A stretch of DNA of 64,000 nucleotides from the human T2T-CHM13v2.0 reference genome, Homo sapiens: the NCBI RefSeq assembly GCF_009914755.1, contig NC_060928.1; one strand, written 5' to 3'. Positions 47,054 through 61,516 of the stretch are shown here, piece by piece. The notes under the pieces are model-generated. The model saw only the letters and a list, made by a program, of their open reading frames with translations, made no database searches and was not told the DNA's origin. Within the stretch, counting starts at the first letter, position 1. Each line of letters begins with the position of its first letter. A program made the position numbers and the translations under genes.

Positions 47054-47519
47054 AAATATTTTTCTTTTAAAATATCATTGCTTTGATGTTTTTCATTGAT
47101 GCACTTAATTTTACTTCAGGTGAAATGAAAGGAGGGCGTGAGATATTTTATGTTCGTCAAAAGGAAGCATGGGTGAAAAAGGCTTGAACGGCATCGCCCC
47201 ACTAAATCACAAGGAGGAGAATAAGGTTCTTTCTCCCTTTGCTTTGCTGGCTTTTGGGCCATGCTCTTTTTCCATGCAAACTGCCGTTGCCTTTGGAGGA
47301 GAAGGTGGTGAGGTTATGCTCTTAAATAGGGTAAGCAATGTTCTGGAAAATAGTTTTACAGTACAGTTGAGATTTGGAGTGCTTAGAGAATGTGCATTAT
47401 GGTATAAGTATCAGAGTTAAACTAAAATCCCAATGAATATTAGTTCATAGTTCTTCTTTTACTCTCTTTTTGAAGTATGCGCTAGTCACACCATTAAAAT
47501 GATCTGAAAAAATCCTGAC

Positions 47520-47676
<157 letters not shown>

Positions 47677-48254
47677 TGATGTTCTGTGTTCATGAGGCTC
47701 ATAACCTGTTTGTGCATGTGTGTCTCTGGTTTTCACATCTTGCCCCTACTATTAGGGTCTTATCTTGTGAGGAGGTGGGCCACTCCATGTCCCTTTCCTC
47801 TCCTATTGCCGCTTCTCTCATTGATGTCATTGTCAGGTGACAAACCTGGGTGCCCTGCCAGGAGCTCTGGATTTGAATGTGGGCCCTCATCCCTGCTCTA
47901 CTCTTTAAAAGCTGCAGGGTCTCAGACAAGTGGCTCTCCTATTGGAGGATTCAATGAGATTAAAACCATAAATGTATCAATTTATTCTTTACTGTTTTAA
48001 AACTTTGAGTTTTGAGTAAATTTCTTTTGATCTGTCTGCTTATTTAGACATAACAGTATATGGTTATTAGAATTATTAGGCTATGTATCTTGCAAAGGAC
48101 TGAAATTGTCATACTTAGTTTCAAAGTATGCAGATTGAATAACAGAAGCTGTCTGTGCAGTCAAATCTGGCTGATCCCCATTATGGTTTTTGAGACATTC
48201 AAGGTAACTCAGAAACCAGGAGATTAAAAAAAGAATGAAGCTAAGGAGTGTTTT

Positions 48255-48565
48255 GGCAGAGCACGGTGGTTAACTCCTATAGTCCCAGCACTGTGGTAGG
48301 CCGAGGTAGAAGGATCGCTTGAGCTCAGGAGTTCAAACACAACATAGTGAGACCCCGTCTCTACAAAAAAAAAAACACCAAAAATTAGCCTAGTGTGGTG
48401 GTGAACACCTGTAGTCCCAGCTACTCAGGAGGCTGAGGTGGCAGGGTTGCTTGAGTCCGGGAGGTCATGGTTACAGTGAGCTGTGATTGTGCCACTGTAC
48501 TCCAGCCTCTGGCAACAGAGTGAGACCCTGTCTCAAAGAAAAAGAAAAAAGAAAAAGAAAAAAGA
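48255..48565 (+). mobile_element. AluJ
   Basis: Diverged dimer with (GAAAA)n tail. Confidence 0.85.
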
Positions 48566-49705
48566 GATTTTTCTCTTCACGGTTCTGTTGAGTTCCTGGC
48601 CCTCCTTTCCTGATGCCAATCTAATATAGCATAACGACTTAATTTTGCTCTTGAATTGTACACAGAGGCTTGGTGAGAACCCTCCCTTGGCTGGAGGCCC
48701 GTGTGTAACCATATGGTGCTTCACGGAATGCAGATAATGGCTTTATTTTCCTCCCTGTCTTAATAGGTGGAAGCCTGTGCTAGCAGGTAGAGGATCTTTT
48801 ATAAAGAACAAACGAAAGCATTACACTGATATTATTCATGCCAGAGCACAGCAACTGTTAGCTGCTCTGAAAATTGTAATTCCTTTTCTTCTACCTGCTG
48901 GATATTTTCACCCATGACCCTTAAGAGAATGCGGGTGATCCCAACCCTTGCTGCGAAGGTCATTGCTCACAGCTCCCCATCTTGCTGTGTCCTTTGTTCT
49001 GATGTCACTGGGGTTGGGCCTGAGGCCTCTTTGGGAGGCTGGCAGGCAGGTAGGCTGGGAAGGTGAGGGTTGGCAGTGTGTCCTCTTCCGGAACTACAGG
49101 GTGCTGTCCCCACTGTCACACCCCACCACCTCCCTTTTGAGCCCTGCCTAGAGGGGAGGGGAGGGGTCCCTGCTGCTCCAGCAGCCTCCCCCTCCACATC
49201 CCTGCGGAGCACCCATCCCTGTCCCTGTTCCTGCCGGGCTGCATTCTGACCCCTGCCCCAGGTTTGTGAGTCTGTAGGGTGGGGTTCTAGTCACAGAGTT
49301 GGAGCTTAGGATCTAACAGAAATGGATGGGGCTTTAGAAGTCTATGTCCCCCACCCTGCCCTTCCCTAAAAAGGACGCTTGTGTGTGGAAAAGGTGATAC
49401 AGTTTGTGTCGGGTCTTGCAGCCAGGCTGGCTGGGGGTGCCTAGGTCTCTGGGATTTGCCCTCCTGGGCAGGGTGCTCTGCAAACTTCCCGTCCTGATCA
49501 GCCTTTCAGGCCCCGGATTATGGAGTCTCTGCCACCCACGTGCTAGGGAGCATCAAACCCCCATAAGCCACAAGCCTAGATGGGATTCCTGTGCCCTCCA
49601 GAGAGGACAGATCCCATCCATGCTGGAGAGTGAGCTTTTAAAAAGCTACTGCTAATGGAACGCTGGCTGTAGCTTAGATTGAGAAGTAACCCATTTATGT
49701 ATATC

Positions 49706-50214
49706 ATGGTCTCCAACCTTTTTGGCACCAGGGACTGGTTTTGTAAAGGACAGTTTTTCCACAGACTGGCATGGGGGATGGTTTTGGGATGACTCAAGCG
49801 CATGACCTTTATTGTGCACTTTATTTCTGTTGTGATTACATTGTTATATATAATGAAATAATTATACACTCACCATCATGTAGAATCAGTGGGAGCCCTG
49901 AGCTTGTTCTCCTGCAACTAGACGGTCCCATCTGGGAGACAGTGACAGATCATCAGGCATTAGATTCTCATAAGGAGCACACACCCCAGATCCCTCACAT
50001 GCGCAGTTCACAAAAGGGTTCACGCTCCCATGACCATCTAACGCTGCCGCGGATCTGACAGGAGGCGCAGCTCAGGTGGCCATCTGAGCGATGGGGAGCA
50101 GCTGCAAATGCAGATGAAGCTTCCCTGGCTCGCCTGCCACTCTCCTCCTTCTGTGCAGCCCAGTTCCTAATAGGCCACAGTACCGGTCTGTGGCCCAGGG
50201 GTTGGGGACCCCTG
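49706..50214 (+). mobile_element. MER1A (hAT-Charlie MITE)
   Basis: ccaacctttttggcaccagggactggttt...caggcattagattctcataaggagc...ggcccaggggttggggacccctg. Confidence 0.88.
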
Positions 50215-50536
50215 TGATATACATGATTGTATTTAATCTTCATGGAAACTCAGTGAGGCTCTTCTTATCTCTATTGTCTAAGAGGCTGAAATTCAGAGAG
50301 GTTAAGTATCTTGCTGGAGGTCCAGCTGTGCAGTGCTGAGACCTCAGCCCAGGTCTGCCTGACTCCACGGCTGAGCCTGCACATGGCTCTCCTAGCCTTC
50401 CTGTGTCCAACCCATCTGCTGTGCACCTCCTGAGAACCTTCGGGTGCTCTTGAAAGCTTGTATGATCTACGTTTTTCTTTCAATATAAATGTAACCGCAA
50501 TGATCTAGCGATGATTCTCTCTTTTTAAAACTATCA

Positions 50537-51037
<501 letters not shown>

Positions 51038-51951
51038 TCACCAGATGTCTGGCCCACAAGAAGTTCCAGCAAAGCACGTCCTCATAGCTCTGGGCCCGAG
51101 AGACACCAGTGCCTAAAGGGCTGTCACACTTCCCAGCCCATCTGGCGGAGGCTGCCGCGGGTTTGAAAACTTACCTGATGAGCAGAGGCCTTTCAATTCC
51201 AAAGACTTTCACAACTTTCCTGGCGTTTTCCTTGGCTCTTAACATCTGTGCCTCTAGACTGTAAATCCTCTAGGGCGGGGATTTTGTTCTTTGGCACATT
51301 TTAGCTATTGTAAAGCATAATGTACAGCATACGTTAAAAACAGTATAACAGCAAGGCAATTTTGTCCTTCAAATGCGGCTTCAGGTCTTGATCTTTTTCC
51401 CAGATACGCAGACATGTGTAGCCATGTATCGTAAAATCGGCTACTGAACTTTCTGTGAGAAGTGGTTTCCATGAGATCCATTTGTGGTGTTATTGCAAAC
51501 TTGGGAAGGCATCAGATGTTAGAACAATTCAGCAGTTGTATACATACAATGGTTTTTTTGAGCTTTAGCTCATAAACCGTCACCTACTTTAAAATAATTT
51601 TGGGATTAAAACAATGTAATAATAAATTCATACTGGCCAGAATAGGATAATTTAAGCAGGGATACCCTCATAGCAATTTTTTTTTCTGGGTCATAAAGCT
51701 AATACAATATTCTCACCACCTGCTAATGTTCCTCATATTTTATTATAAATTATTTCTCACCGACATTCTACTTTCATTTAAGGCTATTTTACTTTCCTAG
51801 GCCTTGGGCCTTGGGTAATTTCGTTAGGTAAATTTCTGTTACATCTGATTTGAAAAGGCACGCTGGAGAGAGGGAAATGGAACGGCCAGCCATCTGGATG
51901 AACTCTGAGAGCTTCTCAAATAAACAGCCACAAAGATATTATTGTGTGATT

Positions 51952-51994
51952 CGTGTGCCCTAAAACTTAAAGTATAATAATAATAAAATTAAAA
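51952..51994 (+). mobile_element. Extremely 5'-truncated young L1PA 3' terminus
   Basis: ccctaaaacttaaagtataataataataaaattaaaa; 20-bp TSD aaagatattattgtgtgatt at 51932-51951 and 51995-52014. Confidence 0.88.
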
Positions 51995-53439
51995 AAAGAT
52001 ATTATTGTGTGATTATAGAAAAGTTTCTTAATTTGCTGTAAACTGGTAAACAGAAATTATATTTATTTGACATGGGATAAAGTTTTGAGGGAAGCACAGA
52101 GTAAAATGTGCATTTTGTAAAAATAACAGAATCTGAACCAATAGAAGATTTATTTAGTATGTATTATGTGATGCACCAATACTAGGCGCCATGGGAGAGG
52201 CAGGAGACATCATGCATTTAGTTCCAGCTGCTCAGGACTCAGGGCTTCCCCAGACACGCAGGGCAGCAGACTGTGGCGGGTGGTTAAGTGCCCAGATGGG
52301 GGCTTCCAGGCAAGTGCTGTGAGCTCGTGAAGAGAGGGGACCGATAGAGTTCAATTGTGACCCTTGCCCTGGACTACTAAGTGTGCAATCACAAGTGGGT
52401 TCTCTTCTTGGCCTGCACAATTGGAATGTCCCCATGTCCCCTATCTCCTCACACAATCTTGGGCTTGGGGATCGGGGAGGAACATGGTGGATAATCCCTG
52501 GCTCTTAAGGACCAAGGAGGCTGCTCATCAAAGACACTTGCTGAAAAGAGGCAGAGCTAGGACTGAGCATCCAAGGTCACCCCATGGTGTCAGGAGGTCG
52601 TGGTGGATGGTCTCAGGTCCACCATGAGGACGGCTGGGACATTCTTCCAGCTTATTTTGCTTTGAGGATCTTGAGCTAATTATGCATGAGGAGGAGAGGC
52701 TGTGGGCGAGGAAGGAAGGACGTGTTCTTAGGAGGGAGATGCAGCTGATGAGGCTTCCCAAGCAGTAGGTTGGGAGGAAGGTGGGCCGGGAGCGGTCAGC
52801 CTTCACACAGCTGGGCCATCCCTCGTGTGGCGCGTGCTGCAGATGGCAGCGGTCAGCTCGTGTCATCTCCTAGCATCCCTGGACCGCAAAACAGGCTTGC
52901 ACTGGGTGGCAGGCAACCTTCAATGGGTGAATAGACGTTCCTTCAGGCCCGAGTGCAGGCAGCCACCCTCGCTGTAGGTGTGTGTGTCCGTGCCTCTGTC
53001 CTGCCAACGTGGGTGCAGCGCCCGACCCCTCCCTGCCCGTCCTCTGTGTCCCAGGACTCGCGGTGAAGCCCTGAGCATGGGCTTCCATTGTTATTTTCTG
53101 AGGGTAGCTTGACAGGACAGGGGCAACCTAGACCTAGTGGAGCAGGAGTCAGGGTCAGCGAGGTGGCTGGGGCTGGACTTTGCCGGGGAGGGGTTCAGAT
53201 TTAATGCTTCGAGCAGTGGAAAGCTGCTCTGGGCTCCTGAGCACAGGCAGGGTGTGATCAAATCAGTGTTTGGGGAAGTTTAGTCTGGGAACGAGTATGG
53301 CAGTCAGTTTGGCAAATGATGGGGAGAAGGCGCGAGAAGGGTCGTTGGCTGTGAGCTGAAAATCGACACCATTTGCAGTCGCTGAAACCTTTGGGTAATC
53401 TATCACCTCTTCTTCTGCTCTTTCCTGTTTGTCTAATCT

Positions 53440-53630
53440 AGAAGTTCTCAGTTTTTAGTGCACAACAGACTCATCGGGAAACAGGTTAAAACACAGACTC
53501 CTGGGCCCCACTCCCAGGGACTCTAGCTCAGCAGACCAGGAGTGGGGCTGGGGACCTGCATTTCGTTTTCATTTCGCTCCTCAGATGATTCCAGTGCAGT
53601 TGATTCGAGGACCAAGTTTGAGAAAACAAA
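53440..53630. mobile_element. MER5-type MITE
   Basis: gttctca...gttaaaacacagactcctgggcccc...gatgattccagtgcag...tttgagaa. Confidence 0.65.
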
Positions 53631-54349
53631 CTCAGCTGCCAGGTTCCATCTGGTTTTGGTCTTTTTTCCCTTTCTGTTGGGGCACTTCTTTCTGTTCTCA
53701 TCACCACTGCTAGTCCTGACCCCTCCATGGTTTCCCTGAGCCTTGCCCCTCACCGTCCTCATCAGCGAACCTGTTCCCCTGAGAATGGCTTGCTCATCTA
53801 TCTCAGGGGATACCCAGGCAGCCTCTGGCTCCAGCGACTCCCTGTCCCCGTCACTGGCCTTCGAGGCACAGTTCGTCTTCCCTGTGAAAGCTGCCACTCT
53901 GACCTCCCTGCTGAGTAAGTGTAACCTCTCTGCTTTCCATTTCCATGGCTTGTATTCTCTACACCACTTCACTCCTTTCAAATACGAGCCATTAGCTTGT
54001 CGAAAGAGCAAGAACTTGGTATCACACAGTCCTGGGACGGCTGCCTGCTAGCAATGTGGCCCTGGCAGGTCACACCATCGCCCTCAACTTCAGTTTTCCC
54101 GACCGTGGAATCTGCCCCGCAGGGTTTGCGGAGGCTTAAGTGGGAGAATACACAGTGTCCACTACATAGAATGTGTTTGGACAAATGCTATTTCTCTTTC
54201 TTTTCTCTGCGTCTGGAATCGCCAGCTGGACCAAAGACCCTCAGAAGAGAAAGGCTGTGTTTTATGTTCCTCTCTGATCTCAGCATTGAGCTTGCTGCTC
54301 AACAGGCAATCATAATGCAAAAGGCAGTGATAGTAGTAGCGGTAATGGT

Positions 54350-54570
54350 AATAATAGTAATAGCAAATTTATAAGTATTTATGATATGCCAGGCATTACA
54401 TATAACATGACCTATTTAATCTTCTCAACAGAGCTTTGAGGTATTGGCTGTCATTAACACCATCTGAGGAAACTGAGGCACAGAGTGGTTAGGTGCCCAG
54501 GGTCACCTAGCTGCTATGTAGTATAGTCAGTATTTGAACTCAGAAAGTCTGGCTGCAACCACCGTATTTT
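54350..54570 (-). mobile_element. MIR SINE
   Basis: atgccaggcatt...tttaatcttctcaacag...tgaggaaactgaggcacagagtggtta. Confidence 0.75.
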
Positions 54571-54643
54571 TATAGCACTGAAATAAAAATAACCCCTATT
54601 TTATTGTTATGAAAAATGTCAGTCATTTATAGAAATGGAATAG

Positions 54644-54947
54644 CATGGGTGCGGTGGCTCACATCTGTAATCCTAGCACTTTGGGAGGCCAAGGAGGGAG
54701 CATCGCTTGAGGCCAGGAGTTCAACACTAGCCTGGGCAACACAGCAAGACCCCAGTCTACAAAAAATGAGGAAATTAGCTACGTGTGGTGACACGCACCT
54801 GTAGTCTACTAGGGAGGTTGAGGCGTGAGGATTGCTTGAACCCAGGAGTTTGAAGCTGCAGTGAGCTGGGATCATACCACTGCACTCCAGGCTGGGTGAC
54901 AATGAGACCCTGTCTCTAAAAAAAGAAAATAAAAATAAAAAAACAAA
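54644..54947 (+). mobile_element. AluJ
   Basis: Diverged dimer plus A-rich tail. Confidence 0.85.
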
Positions 54948-55161
54948 GAATTGGAGGGAATGAGAGAATGAGTTCCTCTTTACTCAGCTTTAATGTAATC
55001 AACACATGGCCCATGTTGTTTCATTGGTGCTGTCACCTCTATCTTCACTTTGGGTTATTTTGAAACAAATCTCAGACATCATACTATTGTAAATACAACA
55101 CATTAGCAATTGTATTTACAATGAACTTGTACATATTTTATAAATAAATTTCAAAAAGATG

Positions 55162-55331
55162 GGCCAGGAGTGGTGTCACGTGTCTGTAGTCCCAGCTGCT
55201 CGAGAGGCTGAGGCAGGAGGATTGCTTGAACCCAGTTCAAAGCTGCAGTGAGCTATGCACACCACTGCATTCCAGCCTGGGTGACAGAATGAAATCCTGC
55301 CTCAAAAAAAAAAAAAAAAGAAAGAAAAAAA
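55162..55331 (+). mobile_element. Alu right monomer (FRAM-like)
   Basis: Single arm tgtagtcccagctgctc...ccagcctgggtgacaga followed by poly-A. Confidence 0.8.
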
Positions 55332-58300
55332 GACGGCCTTTATTGCCCCAGTATAACCTCAATGCCATTATCAGACTTAAAAATATCATATTATTGGTAA
55401 TTCCTTAATACCAGCTATCCTGTTTGTGTTTAAATTTCTCTGATGTTTGCATAAACATTTTTTTACAGTTCATTTGTTCAAATCAGGATCCCAACAAAAG
55501 ACAGTCTATTTTTGAGAATGAATTTTTAAAGCAAAGTACCTGAAAATGTTGTGTACTTGTTGCACTTTATTCAGCAAATGTTTATTGTGCCCATGTTTGC
55601 AAGGCACGGTTTGAGGCTGGAGAAAGAGACTTCCAAGGAGCTGCCAGCTGGCTGTGATGACAGGGTGGACTCGGAAACTGGCAGAGGGTGTTGGCGCATT
55701 TTGCCTCTGAAGTCATAAGTTTGGGTGAGTGACACAGCGGTAGAGTCTTGACAGGGCTGGGGAAGGTGGGAGGAAGAAACAGCCCCAGGAAAAGAGGATG
55801 GGTGTGGCTCGGGGGATGTGTTTAGATTCTTCAGTCATATTCAGTCTAACATGTCTATTTCCTGTATTTCATTCTTCGTCTCTACCCTTCCACTTGATTT
55901 TTCTTGCAAGTTGTTATGTTGGCTTTTCCCCCCTTTATAAAAAAAATGGTCAGGAACTTGGGGAGGTGCATTGAATGATGACAGTGTGTTTGAGTAAAGT
56001 AAATGAATGCAGTGGGGTAAATCCATGCTTTTAGGGCATAATCCCAGAGGCGACAGATTTAAGTTTTTAGGTACATGCTTTTATTATTCAGGCTGGCTCT
56101 TGGTACTGAAAATGTCTTGACAAATGAGCCAGCATTCAGATAACTGAAAAAATGAACTTCTGTGAAATACTTCTGTTTGCTTTGAAATTATTCATCACTT
56201 TGTTTGGGGGACCTTGCCAAATTCAAAGTGGAGTATTGTGATGTACCTTGAGCCTGATGGAGTTTTTTTCTGTATTTAACCAAGATCACACTTTAAAACT
56301 AGACAGAGAATCATGGGTACCTTGTAAAAAACCTACCACGGACGCCAGACCTGGTGCTGCAGACACATGTGTTTTGTCAGGTAGATTTAAGTTGTAACAG
56401 GCAGAAGAAGGAAAGCAGTTTGGCTTGGGTGCCAACCGGGAGATTAGCAATTTGCTGATTTCAGCTGTTTTATGGCAACATTTATAAAGTTGACTAATTT
56501 TCTCCACAGATATTTTGCCAATTAGCATTAAGAAACAAGAGAATTTAGAAATAAACTTTTGCTCTTTTCCTATCCAAAGAAAGTGGTCTTTTGTTTTTAA
56601 AAATCTATCATCTTTTTCTTTGATGAGAGAAATTATATTTGAGGCATTTAGTTAATCTGCTATTCTTTGAAACATACACATTCTTATTTTGGAAAAATTA
56701 AAAACATTCATCTCTACATTCAACATTCTTTAAGACTGGTGGGATTGTGAGTTGCAGTAGTAGCAGAAAGAAAAGACAGAACGTGGAAAAAAGCCGTTTC
56801 CTTTCTCTTTTTGTTGCAACTTCTAGTCCCTTGTCATTTGTTTGTCTTTGTCACACTTGCAGGCCTTTCCAACCCCCAGAATCTAGGGTACTGTTATACA
56901 TAACTAGAAGACTTCTATGCGCCAGATTATTTAATGCTCCTCATTCCCTTTGCATTTGGTGGCACGTCTCCCTCATGTCTTTGTATTAAACTGTCAGTCA
57001 CCAGCATAGGTAACACAGTACACTTTAAATTTCTTGTGAAAATCAGCCCTTGGTCACATTGTCTTAGCCATGGGCCAAGGCCTTCAATTCCAGCCCCACC
57101 TCAGGAGTTCACAGATAGTGAGTCAATACGTTCCCTGTAATTTTAAGCCAGCTCGACTTGCGGTTTCTGTTACTTGCAACCAGATGCACCTAATGGATCC
57201 TGATTGTAATGAACTTTATAATTAGATTTTCTGTTATGTGTTGGAAATGAAACAGAGTAATTCTCCTCTCCTGGCCAAGGAACTTACACTCCCAAAGAGA
57301 CACGAAGAAAAGTGAACACTTACTGAGCATCTGCTGTGTGTGCTGGGTGTTTCAGAGACATTTCCTCATGGAATGCTGAAGATGGCCATTACTGGGCCTG
57401 CTCCCTCTTCTTGCAGGTATGAGTGATGGGGTAGAATCGGCGAATCCTTTAGATCTTTACTGCATTGTTGCTGAAGTTATGCTGATTGTGACTATTTCTG
57501 GGCTGTCAATGGATTTTTATGTGGCCCTGAGCACAGTGTCTCAGGGAGGTAGGGCTATTTCCAGTGTCTGAGCAGAACTAATTTCACATCCCCCCCAACA
57601 AGGTATCTAGGGTCACCTGGTGCGTTGTTACTTGCTTTTCTGCTAACCTGCTTTCCTTGCACACAGTAGAAAATTGGGCTAGGAGTAACATACTGTTCTA
57701 ACTATAATTAAAAGAATTCCCCCTCATTGGCCAAGTGCAAGCACATGGGGTTTTTACACTCTCAGTCGACTGAATTACATTCTAGGTGCACTGAGAGTTT
57801 GCTACTATGGGTGTTATCTTGTTTTCTGAATTCCACTGGGTGATAAAATGCAACTACAGCTGTGTCCTTCTGTGGGAAGGAGGGAGTCCAGTGAAGTCCT
57901 CTGTGCCAGGGCTGGGAGAGATGGTCATGAGGGTTCTTATCCTTTGACCTTAGCCATGACCCCAGGCTGGCTTTACCTTTGACCCTGCCCTTTTGATGTG
58001 CCCAGGGCTGGTCTGGCCTGGCTAGTAGTCACTCCTTGTGTGGCAGTTAGCTGAGGGTATATCTGAGGGTGATATAGGGTATATCTGTTGGTTGAAATTA
58101 GCTGGGATGAAAACATACCTTTCATCATAGGCCAATGGCTCATTGAAAAGAAATTAGTCATGAACTTCACTGTCAGCTGAAAAGTAGTCATTAAGGGCCC
58201 TCCTCCAACAATAGGACACTTGTTCCGGTTTCAGGGTCACCTGATCCACACCAATAGGGGAAGACTGGGGAAGAATGCTGTGCAAAACGTTTTCAGAGGT

Positions 58301-59089
58301 TGTAACAGGCAGGTCTGCATTTTTAGAATTTTTTTTTTTTTTTTGGCTAGCTGTATATGATTGAACAGTTTTCAGTTTCAAAGTTGCAGGCTTTGGTGTT
58401 TAGATCCTTCCTAGGCTGGTGGTAGAAGAATCCTGGGATTCTGGGTTAGTCCTCGGCGGAGATGGCCAAGCACTACATGGGACCGAACTCCGGGCCTGAG
58501 CAGCTGGCTTGGAGGGTGTTGGCTTTTCTCCTTCCTGGTGGGTGTGGAGGCGTGAGGGGGGATGGTGGGGGGATGGAAGATTTCAGTGAGAGTTGTTTAT
58601 TGCTAAAGGTCTACAGGAGAGAAGACGATTTGAAAGGCAGGATACAGTAGGTTAAAAAGGTTGTCCTGTACAGAACACACCCACAGAAATTGCACACATG
58701 TAAGGAAAATTGTGGCAGGAAAGAAGCTTGGCTCTTTTGCCTTTCTTCATTTCCGCCCCCAAGTTTGCCTTGAACTTGGAATCTTACGTTATAAACGTTG
58801 CCAAATTGCAGCTCCAATCAGGAAACAGATGGTTAGGCAGTACCAGAAAACACAAATAATTGTGGGGACCATGAACATTAGTTCATGAACATTAGAAAAC
58901 CCTGATGGAAAGTTTAGAACTATGTACATTTTTTTTTTTTTTGGTGAATATCAGACTTAAATAATTGCGAAAAGAATGGTCTAGAAATATTTTGCTAGGT
59001 ATTAGAATTTTGTGGTACAGTAAACAATTAATCAACTTCTAGTTTATAAAAAATCTGCTGTGCTGTATAATTCTTAAAAATAAATTTAG

Positions 59090-59205
59090 TCAGTGATGGA
59101 TGCGCTGAGGGCCCTGACCACCACGAAGCAATAGATCAGGTAGCAAAATGCACTTGTACCCCACGGATATAGACAAAAAACACTAAAAGTAAATACATAG
59201 ATAAA
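59090..59205 (+). mobile_element. Short old L1 3' end
   Basis: gtgatggat...gcaaaatgcacttgtacccc; flanks aaataaatttagt / aaataaattttgt. Confidence 0.55.
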
Positions 59206-59400
59206 TAAATTTTGTTAAGCTTATCTGCCTTAGTTTCTGTCTAGGTGGCTGTAAACACGCCCTGGTCTCATTTCCGAGGCTTTGTACTTCCTCTTTTCTC
59301 TCCTGGGACAGCTCTGCCCAATTTTTCCTGTTTCCAGGCTTTAGTCCCCTTCTCGGCCCCTCCCTGAAGCTTCTTCTGGTGAATTCTGCAGTTCATTCAT

Positions 59401-59715
<315 letters not shown>

Positions 59716-59870
59716 CTGGAGCTCATTCATTTCTATTTGTTTCTGAAAGCAGGGACTCTAAATATTACTAACCCCATTTTGGCTCCTAGTTGTATGCTTA
59801 TCTCTGTTAGAGAAGACTCTTGAAATTATCTAAGGAATGTAATACTTCATCCAGTTTTTTAAAACTCTAG

Positions 59871-60242
<372 letters not shown>

Positions 60243-61125
60243 TAGGCTCTTCCTCTGACTCTCGGCTCAATTAAAAAGATGAGGTAAACTTTATACACAA
60301 TCCCTTCATGTATATTTAAGGAACAGTGATGTCTCCTTTTAACTTCACCTCTGCAGACCAAACACTACAGATTCCGTCAAAACCTGTTACAGCATGCTGA
60401 TGTTTTTCAATCTCCAATAGGAGTATTAGTCAGCTATTAAGAATATTTTGCTAATTTGTTACCAAATATGGATTATCCATGGCGATGGTCTACCTGAAAT
60501 TTCCCCTGTGAAATGGACATGGTTCAGTGAGTTTGAACATTGATACACTCAGTTCTTAATCGTCTTTCTAAATTCAGTGACAGTTCTTTTTTTATTGCCT
60601 AATAACCGCTTGCAAGAAGTCAAGTCCAGACTCTTCCTGATTTTGTAGGAGCGTTTGTGCTTTGCAACCTGCCCCATGATTATGGTGTGACCTGTCAGGA
60701 TTCCCTTCGTGGTTACTTAGCAGAACGCTTAGGTCTGGCATCATCAAAGAATGTCTAACTCTGCTTGGTAATGATGAAACTGGTGGGGGTTTTTGAATTA
60801 CTCTTAAAAAGTTATTTCCCCAGGTAAGTTCATAGCCTGGATATTTCCCCACATAAAAGATCAAACATTCCTTAATCTCTTCTCTATATCCCACCCTTTA
60901 AGACCTTCAGGTTAGAGAGGAGACATTCTGAAAAAATCCAAATGCAAACAGTGGTATGTCAGAAGAAATGGTTTCAAGTGGTCGCAACAGAGAAATAGCG
61001 TTGGCAAGGCGGGATCGGGGCTGATGAAAATGATACAGGCTTTTATATTTCTGCAGGAGTTTTTTTTTTTTTTCATTCCAAGCATACCAGAGTTTCACCA
61101 AAGCAGGTAGAAAGAATGTGAGAAG

Positions 61126-61516
<391 letters not shown>

